From positions 1 to 40,351 of the IMG/VR virus record IMGVR_UViG_3300037565_000137: a stretch of 40,351 bases of DNA. One strand, given 5' to 3'. Positions 17,746-26,497 of the stretch are shown here, one piece after another. The number at the start of each line of letters is the position of its first letter. Within the stretch, counting starts at the first letter, position 1. Both the position numbers and the translations under genes were made by a program. The notes under the pieces are model-generated. The model did not search any database, was not told the origin of the DNA, and saw only the letters and a program-made list of their open reading frames with translations. The stretch is from a virus (lineage: Duplodnaviria > Caudoviricetes).

Positions 17746-19234
17746 CTGCCGGTCCCCCTTCGACTGCCGCACCGCCCAGATCGGCGCTCATCTCCTGCCA
17801 CTCGCGCCGCTCGCGCAGCACGTCCTCGGGGTCGCGCCCCGTGCGTTCGATCATGTCCTGGTCGGACGCCCAGCCCGCCTCGACCTCTTCGCGCGCCGCC
17901 TTGATATCCTTGAGCGGATCAACCCACGGCCTGCGCGGCGGGGTGAATGCAGCGCGCGGCACGAACGGCAGCCGCCCCTGGCTAACCGCCAGTCGCATGA
18001 CGCGCTGCCACGCGGGAATGCCGCTCTGAACCACCATGAGATCGGCCTGCCACCCATCGACCAGCCGGTTGAATTCCAGCGTCCCCGCCCGCATCGACGA
18101 GAAGTTCGCGCCGGTCAGGTCTCCAGTCATCTGCGAATAGGTCGTGCCGATCCCGGCCGCCACGGCATGCAGGCGCTCGCGCATGTGTTCCGCCAGCCCC
18201 TCGCTCGCGGTCGGCGTCTGGTATTCCAGGTTCCAGCCCGCCTTGGCCTGCAGGAACATGCCGGGCTGAAGCCGCTCGACAGGGTTTCCCGCAGCATCCT
18301 TCAGCGGTGCGCCATCGTCATCCCGCGCGGCGCTGATCCCGGCAGCAGGCGCGCCCAGCCCGTCCTCGTTCGCGTTTGTGATGATCCCGGCGATGCACGC
18401 TTCCAGCTTCTTGCGCACCAGCTCGGCCTCGGCCAGTTCGTCGATATCCGACAGCGTCACAGCGACGGGCGCGAACCACGAAACACCGCGCACCTGTCCC
18501 GGGCGCAGCACCTCGAACACATGGTCCACGAATTCCGCGTCGATGCGCTCGACATCCATGCGGCTGCGAAGCGACACGCCGAAACGGTCGCCCGGATCGG
18601 TCTTGTGCAGCCAGTAGGCCACGCGACGCCCGATCCTGTCGAACTCGACGCCCTGGACGATCCGCCCGCCATTCGGCAAGACTTCGTTGCGTTGATGATC
18701 GAGGTAATCACCCTCAAGGATGCGGCACCGCCAGAACCAGGTGCCTTTCTCGCGGATCATGAACCATATCCGCAGATACTCCCCGGATTCGACCACCGCA
18801 CCCATCCCGAGGCGCTGCTGGCCGAAGAAATCGAGCCGCCCCTCGACATCGCAATTCTCGACGAAACGGCTCCACTGGTCGCGCGCCACCGCTTTCAACC
18901 GCTTGGCCTCTTCTGCCTCGATGCGGTCGTCAAAGATTGCACGAGGCCGCATGCCCTCGCCCGCGACGTGGCTGCGCAGAACCCGCATCGCCCGGTTCGC
19001 GTGCGGATTGTTTCTCACCAGGTCGCGCGCCGCATTGCGCAGCGGCAAAAGCCCGAACTGTATTTCCGCGCTGGCCGAGGTGGCAGGCCGAGCCCGGCCC
19101 GCGTGACGCCCCCCCGAGATCGCTGCGTCATAGCGCTGCAGCATCTTTTCCTGCAGTTTCAACTTCTCGATCTGCAGGCGCTGTTCCATGCGGCGGGCGG
19201 CAAAGCCCGGCGCAAGGCGTTCCAGGATACCCAT
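17738..19234 (-). CDS. Portal protein (lambda gpB family)
   Basis: ARDLVRNN, IVQGVEFD-x-IGRRVAYW, RPGQVRGVSWF, ANFSSMRAG and WVDPLKD motifs. Confidence 0.95.
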   Translation of the reverse strand: MGILERLAPGFAARRMEQRLQIEKLKLQEKMLQRYDAAISGGRHAGRARPATSASAEIQFGLLPLRNAARDLVRNNPHANRAMRVLRSHVAGEGMRPRAIFDDRIEAEEAKRLKAVARDQWSRFVENCDVEGRLDFFGQQRLGMGAVVESGEYLRIWFMIREKGTWFWRCRILEGDYLDHQRNEVLPNGGRIVQGVEFDRIGRRVAYWLHKTDPGDRFGVSLRSRMDVERIDAEFVDHVFEVLRPGQVRGVSWFAPVAVTLSDIDELAEAELVRKKLEACIAGIITNANEDGLGAPAAGISAARDDDGAPLKDAAGNPVERLQPGMFLQAKAGWNLEYQTPTASEGLAEHMRERLHAVAAGIGTTYSQMTGDLTGANFSSMRAGTLEFNRLVDGWQADLMVVQSGIPAWQRVMRLAVSQGRLPFVPRAAFTPPRRPWVDPLKDIKAAREEVEAGWASDQDMIERTGRDPEDVLRERREWQEMSADLGGAAVEGGPADE

Positions 19235-19236
19235 GA

Positions 19237-19443
19237 TCAGCCCCGGAAATACGCGCCGACAGACACGCTCACCGGTGCCTGCCCCGACGCCTGCCGCCGC
19301 TGCGCCTTGAAATAGTCAAGCGCACTGCGCAGCGCATCGGAATCGCGGTAGGTGATGCTCTTCCCGTCGGGAAAATCCACCTTGAGCGCGCCACTGGACA
19401 ACGCCTCTTCCAGCGCGGCGATGCTTTCGTCAGGCGTAGCCAT
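19237..19443 (-). CDS. gpW-like head completion protein
   Basis: IAALEEALSSGALKV..DGKSITYR; between terL and portal. Confidence 0.8.
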   Translation of the reverse strand: MATPDESIAALEEALSSGALKVDFPDGKSITYRDSDALRSALDYFKAQRRQASGQAPVSVSVGAYFRG

Positions 19444-21521
19444 TACCATTTCCCTCTCAGAGGCCCGAGCCATCCGTCACCGGATGACCGCTCGGGCGCG
19501 CGTTTCGGTTCCGGCGCGGTCGGCGCGGGCGCTGCATGGGCGGCGGGCGCGACCCGCACCTCGAACATCTCGGCCTGTCTCGGGTCATCGCCGGATGGCG
19601 CGGCGGGGCCGAAACGCTCGATCCGCGCCGCTTCCCACTGGTCGGCGGTCAGGCGATCGAGGCCGAGGTGGTACGCCATCGCCCGGGCATAGACCGCGAT
19701 ATCCAGCGCCTCGTTCGGGCGGCCTTTCAGCTTCTTCCACTGCTGCACCACGACGCCGGATTTCTGCTCGACCGTGTCCAGGTATTCGGCAGTCAGCTGC
19801 TCGCAATAAGCCAAGTCCACGTCGCCCGGCAGGATCATTGCGCCAGGGCTCCACGCGCCGCCCTCGTCAGGGCCGTCGATGGTGCGGCGGATCGCGGCGT
19901 AATGGTCCCCCTTGAGGGGATAGGTGCCCACCGGCCACAGCATGGCTCCCTTTCCCACGCGCTTGCCGTTGAATTTTACATCCACCTTCTTGGGCAACCC
20001 GAGGAAAGGCATCGTGCGCCCGTCCCGCCCGTCGAGCGCCAGCACGTTCGGGCGGCGGCGGGCGTAGTTGTAGACCATCTGGCTCATGTAGCCGGAATCG
20101 ACGCCCCAAAGATCCGCAGGCAGCGCACGGCCCGGCTCCGGCCCATAGCGCCGCGCGACAACCTCGTCATGCGCGATCCACGTTCCCGCATCGCTCGGAT
20201 CGCCCTCGATCACGCCCCGATCCACCAGCCAACGGGTCATGCCCTCGGACCAGCCCCAGACCGCCCATTCCAGCCGGTTGCCCTGCACGTCGGTCGCGCC
20301 CGTGAACACCACAGGCCCGCGCCCGGGCTGGCCCAGGTGCAGCTCCGGCACGCGGCGCAGCCACAGCTTGTCCGCGTCCGGCGCGTCGCCCTTGTCCTCC
20401 CACGCCTCACCCAGCACCTGCTGCGTGAAAACCCGCATCCGCTGGTTGCTGTCCTTCGCGTCCAGGTACTCCGCGACGATCCCGTTCCACGACGAGAAAA
20501 GCGAATACGCCTTCCAGACGTGAAATCCGCGCGACCGGTACCGCGGCTTCATCTCGTCGCTGCGCGCCCGCCACCTGTCCAGGTCACCCGCCTCGAACCA
20601 GTGCGGCGGCGCATCCTCGCCCGCCGTCGCGATCCAGACCCCCGCCTCCATCATCTCGGACTTGGCCTCGTGCTCGATCACGCAGCCATGCGCCAGGCAC
20701 TCGAACCACGCATGATGCGGCCAGACATCGCTTTCCCAGCGCAACTGGTCGAACTGCAGCACCTGGTAGGCCCCGCAGACCGGGCACGGCACGTAACGGC
20801 GTCGCTGGTCCGACGCCTCGTACATCTCCGTGATCCGGCAAGAGCCCCGCACGCCCGGCGTCGACGTCCACAGCCGCTTGCGGTCGCGCTCGAACGTCTC
20901 GGTGCGCTTCTTGAGCTGCGTCACCGGATCGCCCCGCGTCCCGGCCTCGGCGGGCCACTCGCTGACCTCGTCCCCGATCGTGTAGCGGGCGGGCAGCATC
21001 TGCAGCCCCTTGGACGAGCCCGCGAAGGTGATCTGCGCGAATCCGCCCCGGAACCGCTTGAAGGACGCGGTCGATCCCCGAGACGACCGGTCGGTGAATT
21101 CCAGGACCCGGCTGCGCAGCGCGGGCGTCGCATCGATCGCGGGCTGCAGCTTCGTATTCACGAACTTGCCCGCCTCGTCATGGCTTGGCAGCACGATGAT
21201 CGTCGGCCCGGGATCCTGATCCACGATATGCAGAAACAGGTTGATCGCCGTCTCGGTCTTGGCCACCTGCGCCGAACAGGTGCAGATGATATCCTCCGCC
21301 GGGTCGTCCGGGCCGCAGGCGTTCATCACGTCCACCATGTGCGGCGCACGGGCGTTCCGCCACGGGCCGGGATAGCGCGAGCCGCTTTCCTCGGCCACGA
21401 CCCGCTTGTCCTCGGCCAGCTGCGCCACCGGCACCGGGCGGCGCGGCCTCAGCGCATCGGCGAGCGTCGTGAACACGACCGGGCGGGCCGGGGCCAGCCG
21501 CTGCAGCACCTCATGCCGCAT
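19443..21521 (-). CDS. terL: Terminase large subunit (lambda gpA family)
   Basis: SAQVAKTE Walker A, YTIGDE Walker B, STP, SDQRRRYVPCP-x-CG, DVQ and NEALD motifs; start could be 21533. Confidence 0.95.
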   Translation of the reverse strand: MRHEVLQRLAPARPVVFTTLADALRPRRPVPVAQLAEDKRVVAEESGSRYPGPWRNARAPHMVDVMNACGPDDPAEDIICTCSAQVAKTETAINLFLHIVDQDPGPTIIVLPSHDEAGKFVNTKLQPAIDATPALRSRVLEFTDRSSRGSTASFKRFRGGFAQITFAGSSKGLQMLPARYTIGDEVSEWPAEAGTRGDPVTQLKKRTETFERDRKRLWTSTPGVRGSCRITEMYEASDQRRRYVPCPVCGAYQVLQFDQLRWESDVWPHHAWFECLAHGCVIEHEAKSEMMEAGVWIATAGEDAPPHWFEAGDLDRWRARSDEMKPRYRSRGFHVWKAYSLFSSWNGIVAEYLDAKDSNQRMRVFTQQVLGEAWEDKGDAPDADKLWLRRVPELHLGQPGRGPVVFTGATDVQGNRLEWAVWGWSEGMTRWLVDRGVIEGDPSDAGTWIAHDEVVARRYGPEPGRALPADLWGVDSGYMSQMVYNYARRRPNVLALDGRDGRTMPFLGLPKKVDVKFNGKRVGKGAMLWPVGTYPLKGDHYAAIRRTIDGPDEGGAWSPGAMILPGDVDLAYCEQLTAEYLDTVEQKSGVVVQQWKKLKGRPNEALDIAVYARAMAYHLGLDRLTADQWEAARIERFGPAAPSGDDPRQAEMFEVRVAPAAHAAPAPTAPEPKRAPERSSGDGWLGPLRGKW

Positions 21522-22050
21522 GCGATGTGTCATCCGGTGCCGCGGCCTGCGACAGCGCACGGGCCGCACTCTCCATCAGCCCGTCCATGACTTCGCGCAG
21601 CGCCACTTCCATGGCGCGCGCATCGTCGATGTTGGCCAGCCGCTCGGCGTGATCCTTGACCGCCTGGCTCGCCTCCGCCCGGATCGCCTCGGCCGCGGCG
21701 GCAATCGCCGCTTCGACATCGCCGCGATCCAGCGTCCGCCCGATCCGTTCCAGCAGATCGAGCTCCGACATCTCCGCCTTTGCGCGCTCGGTGCGCTGGC
21801 GTGCATCGTTCAGGCTGGCCGCCGGGGCCGGGTTCGAGCGCGTCGGGACAGCATCGGAATCCGTCGCCGCCGCGCCACGGGTCTGCAGCTTGGGGTTCAG
21901 CACCTGGTCGCGATGCGCGCGCAGTTCCGCCACATCGACCAGCCCATCCGAATCGCGCAGCGCCGGGTGCGCCTTGCACCAGCGCGAGATCGTGGACTTG
22001 TTGACGTCCAGCTCATTCGCCGCCGCCGTGATGGTGACCCGCGCGCCCAT
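21511..22050 (-). CDS. terS: Terminase small subunit (Nu1-like wHTH)
   Basis: N-terminal HTH ITAAANELDVNKSTISRW plus coiled coil; GAGGGAG RBS; directly upstream of terL. Confidence 0.8.
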   Translation of the reverse strand: MGARVTITAAANELDVNKSTISRWCKAHPALRDSDGLVDVAELRAHRDQVLNPKLQTRGAAATDSDAVPTRSNPAPAASLNDARQRTERAKAEMSELDLLERIGRTLDRGDVEAAIAAAAEAIRAEASQAVKDHAERLANIDDARAMEVALREVMDGLMESAARALSQAAAPDDTSHAA

Positions 22051-22066
22051 CTCCCTCTCTTTCCGT

Positions 22067-22187
22067 GTTGCCTGTTTCGTTGCATCGCGTTGCAACAGCC
22101 GCCCCGAGTTGCACCCTCGCCGCACCCTGCAACTGAAAAACAAACACGCTCTGCCACACCGTACACGTTTGGCTCCGGGAAGGACCC
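22067..22187 (-). other. cos site: cosQ-like (22181-22187), cosN-like (~22144-22164), cosB-like GTTGCA repeats (22067-22133)
   Basis: Minus strand GGGTCCT-N16-GTACG-GTGTGGCAGAG-CGTG parallels lambda GGGTCCT...TTACG-GGGCGGCGACCT-CGCG; five GTTGC(A)/TGCAAC repeats before terS. Confidence 0.75.
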
Positions 22188-22220
22188 GCGCGCGCCTGTC
22201 GTGCCGTCGATGCCGTGATC

Positions 22221-22296
22221 TGGTTGCCGGGGACGGGCTCGAACCGCCGACCTCGTGGTTATGAGCCACGCGAGCTACCACCTGCTCCACCCGGAC
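22221..22296 (-). tRNA. tRNA-Met (CAT), initiator-like, encoded CCA
   Basis: Cloverleaf: D stem GAGC/GCTC, anticodon arm CGTGG-CTCATAA-CCACG, T arm GGCGG-TTCGAGC-CCGTC, 3' ACCA; acceptor positions 1-2 mismatched. Confidence 0.88.
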
Positions 22297-22303
22297 ATGA
22301 GAA

Positions 22304-22384
22304 CGCCCGGCAGCGGGGTCTCCGCTCCGGGCGCAACTGTAGATGATACCTGATTCTGTACGCCCGGCGGACGCAACATGTCAA
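22304..22384 (-). promoter_or_regulatory. Putative late promoter followed by an attenuator-like hairpin
   Basis: TTGACA (22379-22384)-N18-TACAGA just after the regulator stop; hairpin CGCCCGGAGCGG..CCGCTGCCGGGCG (22304-22333) before the tRNA. Confidence 0.5.
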
Positions 22385-22387
22385 CGC

Positions 22388-23167
22388 CTATCTTGTGGGC
22401 TGCACCAGATCATACCCCCGCATCCTGTCCAGCGCCCCACATAGTGCGGTCCGCAGCGCCACCCGCTCACGCCCGTTGGCGGGCCAGCCATGCGCCTTGA
22501 GCACCGCCTCAAGCGACCTGCCGCCGACGCAGACCATGTCGACCAGGTCGAGACACCGGATCACCCGCCGCCCGTCGCCGGGGCGATAGCGCCGCATCTC
22601 GCGCGCCGGGCCATCGCCGATGCGGCGGCGCAGATGGCGCAGATGGTCGATATCGGCGAGCACGGCCTCCGACACGCCCGCCGCCCCGCCGCCGCCCGAC
22701 CGCGCCTCGACACCGGCGCACCTCAGCCCCGAGGCGCTGACCCGCTCGACGAGCGCGGCATACTCGCGCCCCGCCTCGACCTGCCCCACGGTGAAGAGCG
22801 GCACGGGCTGGCCCTTGCGCCCGGCGCGCGCCCATGCGCGGCGGTTGTCATCCTCCATCACGTCAAAGGCATCGGCGGCGCGGGCGGGCTTTCGGCCCGA
22901 CCAGCCCGTGGTGACGACCCGCGCCCGCCCGTCCTCGCCCCGCACCACGTCGCGCAGCGCCATGGCTATTATCGGGCCACGCCCGGGCGCGACCGGCATC
23001 TCGGGGCCACACGCCTCGGGCGGGGTGGCCCGGCGCAGGATACCCGCACAGCGCCGCGCCTCGGCCTTGATCCGCGCCCGCCCCGCGCGATCGACCACGA
23101 TCCGCGCCCGCCCCGCGCCATCGACCACGACGACCGATCCTGTCAAATCCTCGATCTTGTGTTTCAC
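22388..23167 (-). CDS. Putative late-gene regulator/antiterminator (DUF6456-like)
   Basis: GQVEAGREYAALVE and DLVDMVCVGGRSLEAVLKAHGW...LCGALDRM resemble DUF6456; occupies the lambda Q position. Confidence 0.6.
   Translation of the reverse strand: MKHKIEDLTGSVVVVDGAGRARIVVDRAGRARIKAEARRCAGILRRATPPEACGPEMPVAPGRGPIIAMALRDVVRGEDGRARVVTTGWSGRKPARAADAFDVMEDDNRRAWARAGRKGQPVPLFTVGQVEAGREYAALVERVSASGLRCAGVEARSGGGGAAGVSEAVLADIDHLRHLRRRIGDGPAREMRRYRPGDGRRVIRCLDLVDMVCVGGRSLEAVLKAHGWPANGRERVALRTALCGALDRMRGYDLVQPTR
23069..23130. repeat. In-frame 30-bp tandem duplication
   Basis: tccgcgcccgccccgcgc(g/c)atcgaccacga x2 with one mismatch; encodes VVDGAGRARI/VVDRAGRARI. Confidence 0.9.
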
Positions 23168-23209
23168 TGTGACCGCCCCTCTATATCTTGTTTCTGCGCC
23201 TGATCTCGT

Positions 23210-23543
23210 GGGAAGCTAGGGAAGCAAAGGGGTTTCCATGGGAAGCAAATTTCCACAAACCCGCTCTTTATAACCCTCTGACCTTCCTTCTCTTTTTCCC
23301 TTCGATGGGAAGCTGGGGAAGCTAGGGAAGGTAATTGCGGAAAGTTCTATATTTTTCCGTTTTACAGAAAACCGGCCCATACCTTTCACGCGCGCGCGCG
23401 CATACGCGTAGGTCGGATTTACCTTCCCTAGCTTCCCCAGCTTCCCACGATACACCGTAACCCCCTGATTTCCCTCAATAACGCCCCCGCACCCCTTGAC
23501 GCGCTACCTTCCCACCGCACCGCGCTACCTTCCCTAGCTTCCC
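23210..23543. other. Putative replication origin with convergent iterons
   Basis: Six GGGAAG(C/G)(T/A) copies on the left and six inverted copies on the right; perfect 29-bp inverted repeat 23306-23334/23419-23447 around an AT-rich core; adjacent to the helicase gene. Confidence 0.75.
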
Positions 23544-25330
23544 TAGAAGTCGGTATCGGGGTCCGGGGCCAGCGCGCCGCCATCGCCAAAGGCTGTACCG
23601 ATGGGCTTGCCGTTGTGATCCTTGGGCGCGGCCTCGAACCGCCGCCGGAACGCGTCGGTAAAGCGCAGCCCGCGATATTCCGTGACGCTGGCCTTGCCGC
23701 GCTGAAACATCTTGCCCGTCTCGGGGTGCCGCCAATGCCGCGACTTGGCGCTCACCTGCTTGGCGAATGTCGCATCGCGCCAGGGCGTCATGCCCCGCTC
23801 CATCAGGTGAAAGGCAAAGGCATGGCCAAGATCGCGGCTCTTGATGACGTCGCCCGGATCGCCGGTCACCACACAGCAGGTGGTCAGGAACAGGCCGATC
23901 GGGTCGCTTTCCTCTCGATACTCGCGCGTGGCCTCCGTGACCGCGGCGGGCGGGTCGAGCCCGCGCTCCAGCGCGTCGCACAGGCCCTCGACCAGCCAGT
24001 TGAGAACACCGGAGCGCTCGCCCCACAGCTTGCGGCCAAGGTCCGGATCGCGCTCCGATTCCGGGATCTGCACGTCGAACGGCATCAGCATCACGCGCCG
24101 CCAGATGCCGTCATCCGTGCCGCGTATCTCGGGCTTGTGATTGCCCGAGATTGTCAGTTTGAAAATGGGCCGCTCCTCGATGAAATCGGAATGCAGCGCG
24201 CGCACCTGGATGGGCTCGCCGCCGGTCAGTTCCTTGATCAGCCCTTCCTGCAGGCGCTGGCCCTCGTCGGGCTCGGATGTGCGCACCAGCCGCGCGCCCA
24301 TGAGCGGGATCAGGTCCGGCGTCGCCTCGCCGCCGCCGCGCCGGTTGGTGCCGGTCAGGCTCTCGATCCGGGCCGTCGCGGCATAGTTGCCCATGATCTT
24401 GGCCACCAGGTCGACCAATACCGACTTGCCGTTCGCGCCCCCGCCGTAGAAGAACACGAGGCGCTGCATGGGCATGCCACTCATCGACAGGCCCAGCCAT
24501 CGCTTGAGAAACTCGCGCATCTCGATGTCGGGCTGCACGCGCTCCAGGAACGCGTCGAACAGGGGTCGCGGGGCGTCCGGATCATACTCGACCGGCATGA
24601 TCTTGGACATGAGCAGATCGCGGTCATGGGGCACGAGGTCCACCCGTGCCATGCGGCCCGCGCCGTCGTCGCGCATGTCGGTCACGCTGAATCGCAGCAC
24701 GCCGGTCTCGCAGTTCACGTCGAGCGGGGCCGCATTGAGGGCCTCATAGGGCTGCGCGAGCGCCACCCCGGCTTCCTTCGCGGCATTGTCGATCCGGGCG
24801 CTGTTGCCCGTGGTATTGGCGAAACTGCGATGGCGGCCGCGCGTGGCCTTGTGCCGCTTCTCGATCTCGGCCAGCGCATCGCACTTGCGCTGCAGATCGC
24901 CCAGCTCGGCGCGCTGTTCGTCGGATCGGTCGGCCTTGGGCACGGCGTCGAGCTCGGCGCGGCGGGCGCGGATATCGCCCCGCTCGGACAACAGTGCGCG
25001 CTCCGCGTCCGGCATCGGCAGATAGTGCATCTCGCGCAGGATCAGGTCGCTCAGACGCTGCGCCCGGCCCCGCACGGCGAGCTGATCCTCGTCCTTTTCC
25101 CAGACCCGGCCCGACCAGGTAAACCACCCCACGCGCGGCACAAACATGGTATCGCGCCCGAAATGCACGACGAAGCGCTGTCCGTTGCCGTAATCGTTCA
25201 GCGGAAAGGCGGCGCATCGCTGCAGCCGGTCGGCCATGGCGGCGCTGTCATCGGGCGGGGCGGCGGCGAACTCCTCCTGCTCGATCTCGTCGGGAACAGG
25301 GGCCAGGTCATTGAACGGATCGTCTGTCAC
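23543..25330 (-). CDS. P4-alpha/D5-like SF3 helicase ('phage/plasmid primase, P4 family' C-terminal part)
   Basis: D5_N-like NDYGNGQRF..GWFTWSG; Walker A YGGGANGKS; IKELTGGE, GNHKPEIRGTDDGIWRR. Confidence 0.92.
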   Translation of the reverse strand: MTDDPFNDLAPVPDEIEQEEFAAAPPDDSAAMADRLQRCAAFPLNDYGNGQRFVVHFGRDTMFVPRVGWFTWSGRVWEKDEDQLAVRGRAQRLSDLILREMHYLPMPDAERALLSERGDIRARRAELDAVPKADRSDEQRAELGDLQRKCDALAEIEKRHKATRGRHRSFANTTGNSARIDNAAKEAGVALAQPYEALNAAPLDVNCETGVLRFSVTDMRDDGAGRMARVDLVPHDRDLLMSKIMPVEYDPDAPRPLFDAFLERVQPDIEMREFLKRWLGLSMSGMPMQRLVFFYGGGANGKSVLVDLVAKIMGNYAATARIESLTGTNRRGGGEATPDLIPLMGARLVRTSEPDEGQRLQEGLIKELTGGEPIQVRALHSDFIEERPIFKLTISGNHKPEIRGTDDGIWRRVMLMPFDVQIPESERDPDLGRKLWGERSGVLNWLVEGLCDALERGLDPPAAVTEATREYREESDPIGLFLTTCCVVTGDPGDVIKSRDLGHAFAFHLMERGMTPWRDATFAKQVSAKSRHWRHPETGKMFQRGKASVTEYRGLRFTDAFRRRFEAAPKDHNGKPIGTAFGDGGALAPDPDTDF

Positions 25331-25333
25331 GGA

Positions 25334-25765
25334 TCACTTGCCCCGCCGCACGAATTGGCCCTCGGGGTCGACGCGGCTCAGGAACCGCCGCCGCTCCTCG
25401 GCATTCATCGAGCCCCACAGCGCGACCAGCAGCCGCTTGCGCGCGGGCGCGGCGAAATCGGTCCGCTCGATGCGCTGCAACCCGGCCCCGACATAGGCCT
25501 CGAGCTCGAGCGGCAGGGCGCAATACGCCCAATGCTCGGCATCCTCGCGCAGCCGCGACAGGAACATCTCGCGCGGCGCGCCCGTGGCGATCTCTTCCAG
25601 CGCCGAACACAGCACCTCGGCCAGAGGGTGCTGCGCCTTGGCGGCCGCGGCCAGATCGACCGCGGCCAGCAGGTGCTCGCGGATCAGCGCGACGGCGCGC
25701 TCGCGCACCGCTCCTTCGACCACCTCGCGCAAGGGCGCGCTCAGATGCTCCAACCCGTCCTTCAT
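25334..25765 (-). CDS. Hypothetical protein
   Basis: MKDGLEHLS... ATGA-coupled; GGAAAGGG RBS. Confidence 0.65.
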   Translation of the reverse strand: MKDGLEHLSAPLREVVEGAVRERAVALIREHLLAAVDLAAAAKAQHPLAEVLCSALEEIATGAPREMFLSRLREDAEHWAYCALPLELEAYVGAGLQRIERTDFAAPARKRLLVALWGSMNAEERRRFLSRVDPEGQFVRRGK

Positions 25766-26076
25766 CCCTTTCCCTCCGCCAATTCGCCGCCCAGGGCGGC
25801 GTATCCGGCCATGTCCGGCCAGTGATCCGCATGGCCCGGATTGCCCCACGCGCGCACCGTCTTGAGGTCGATCATCATGATCGCCACCTGCGCGGGCGTG
25901 ACCGGCACCCCCAGCCGCACCGACCAGATCGCGGCCACCTCGGCGAATGTGCGCCCCGCCGCTCCATGCGCCGCCTCGCGCTCGACCGTGACCGCCCGGC
26001 TGGCACGCTCGAGAATCGCCGCGCGGTCGCGCGCCCCGGCACGCCGCGGCGCGCGGCCCAGCGTTGACTCAACCAT
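25762..26076 (-). CDS. DUF6378-like protein
   Basis: R-x3-HG...F-x-x-VAAIWS...VTPAQVAIMMIDLKTVR...H-x-D-x-W-x-DMAGYAA. Confidence 0.75.
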   Translation of the reverse strand: MVESTLGRAPRRAGARDRAAILERASRAVTVEREAAHGAAGRTFAEVAAIWSVRLGVPVTPAQVAIMMIDLKTVRAWGNPGHADHWPDMAGYAALGGELAEGKG

Positions 26077-26294
26077 CAGCAGCGCTCCGCGCCATCGGGC
26101 GCGAGAACATCCTCCAGCGCCATGGCCACAAGCGACACGTCGTCCGCCAATTGCCCCTCGATCACCAGCCGGCCCTCGTCATCGATGCGCTCGGCAAGCG
26201 CCCGCAGCATCAGACCGGCCGTGATCACCGCGCCGTAGCGCCGCAGCGCCTCGGGCACGCTCAGCGCGGCCCTTTCGAGGTTGTCATCCGCCAT
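26076..26294 (-). CDS. Hypothetical protein
   Basis: 72-aa ORF with TGATG coupling at both ends. Confidence 0.6.
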   Translation of the reverse strand: MADDNLERAALSVPEALRRYGAVITAGLMLRALAERIDDEGRLVIEGQLADDVSLVAMALEDVLAPDGAERC

Positions 26295-26497
26295 CAGCCC
26301 GCCCTTTCTGCCTTCACCGCCACTTCACCAAGCCTGATCGCGCGAAAGAGCGGCGGCTCGTCGGTTCGCACGATCACGAAACCCAGATCGTCATCCGCCT
26401 CGATCGCGTGGGGCACCTCGTCGCCGTCGAGATAGACGGTGAACGTGATCCCCCGTGCCGCCGCAGCCATCGCCGTCTCCGTCGTGTAGCGCGCCAT
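26294..26497 (-). CDS. Hypothetical protein
   Basis: MARYTTETAM...VYLDGDEV..AIEADDDLGFV; TGATG-coupled. Confidence 0.6.
   Translation of the reverse strand: MARYTTETAMAAAARGITFTVYLDGDEVPHAIEADDDLGFVIVRTDEPPLFRAIRLGEVAVKAERAG

Noticed and set aside
22051-22290. N-terminal extension of terS in the ORF track (259 aa)
   Set aside because: Runs through the tRNA and cos; the RBS supports ATG 22050
22221-22296. tRNA as the integration site (att)
   Set aside because: It lies mid-element between the late regulator and cos, far from int, and no duplicate 3' fragment was seen
23216-23455. 79-aa ORF with GKL/FPS repeats
   Set aside because: Translation of the iteron array; better explained as an origin
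15427-25825. Long plus-strand ORFs (506, 580, 684, 736 aa) opposite the capsid, portal, terminase and helicase genes
   Set aside because: Shadow ORFs; the minus-strand frames carry the recognisable motifs
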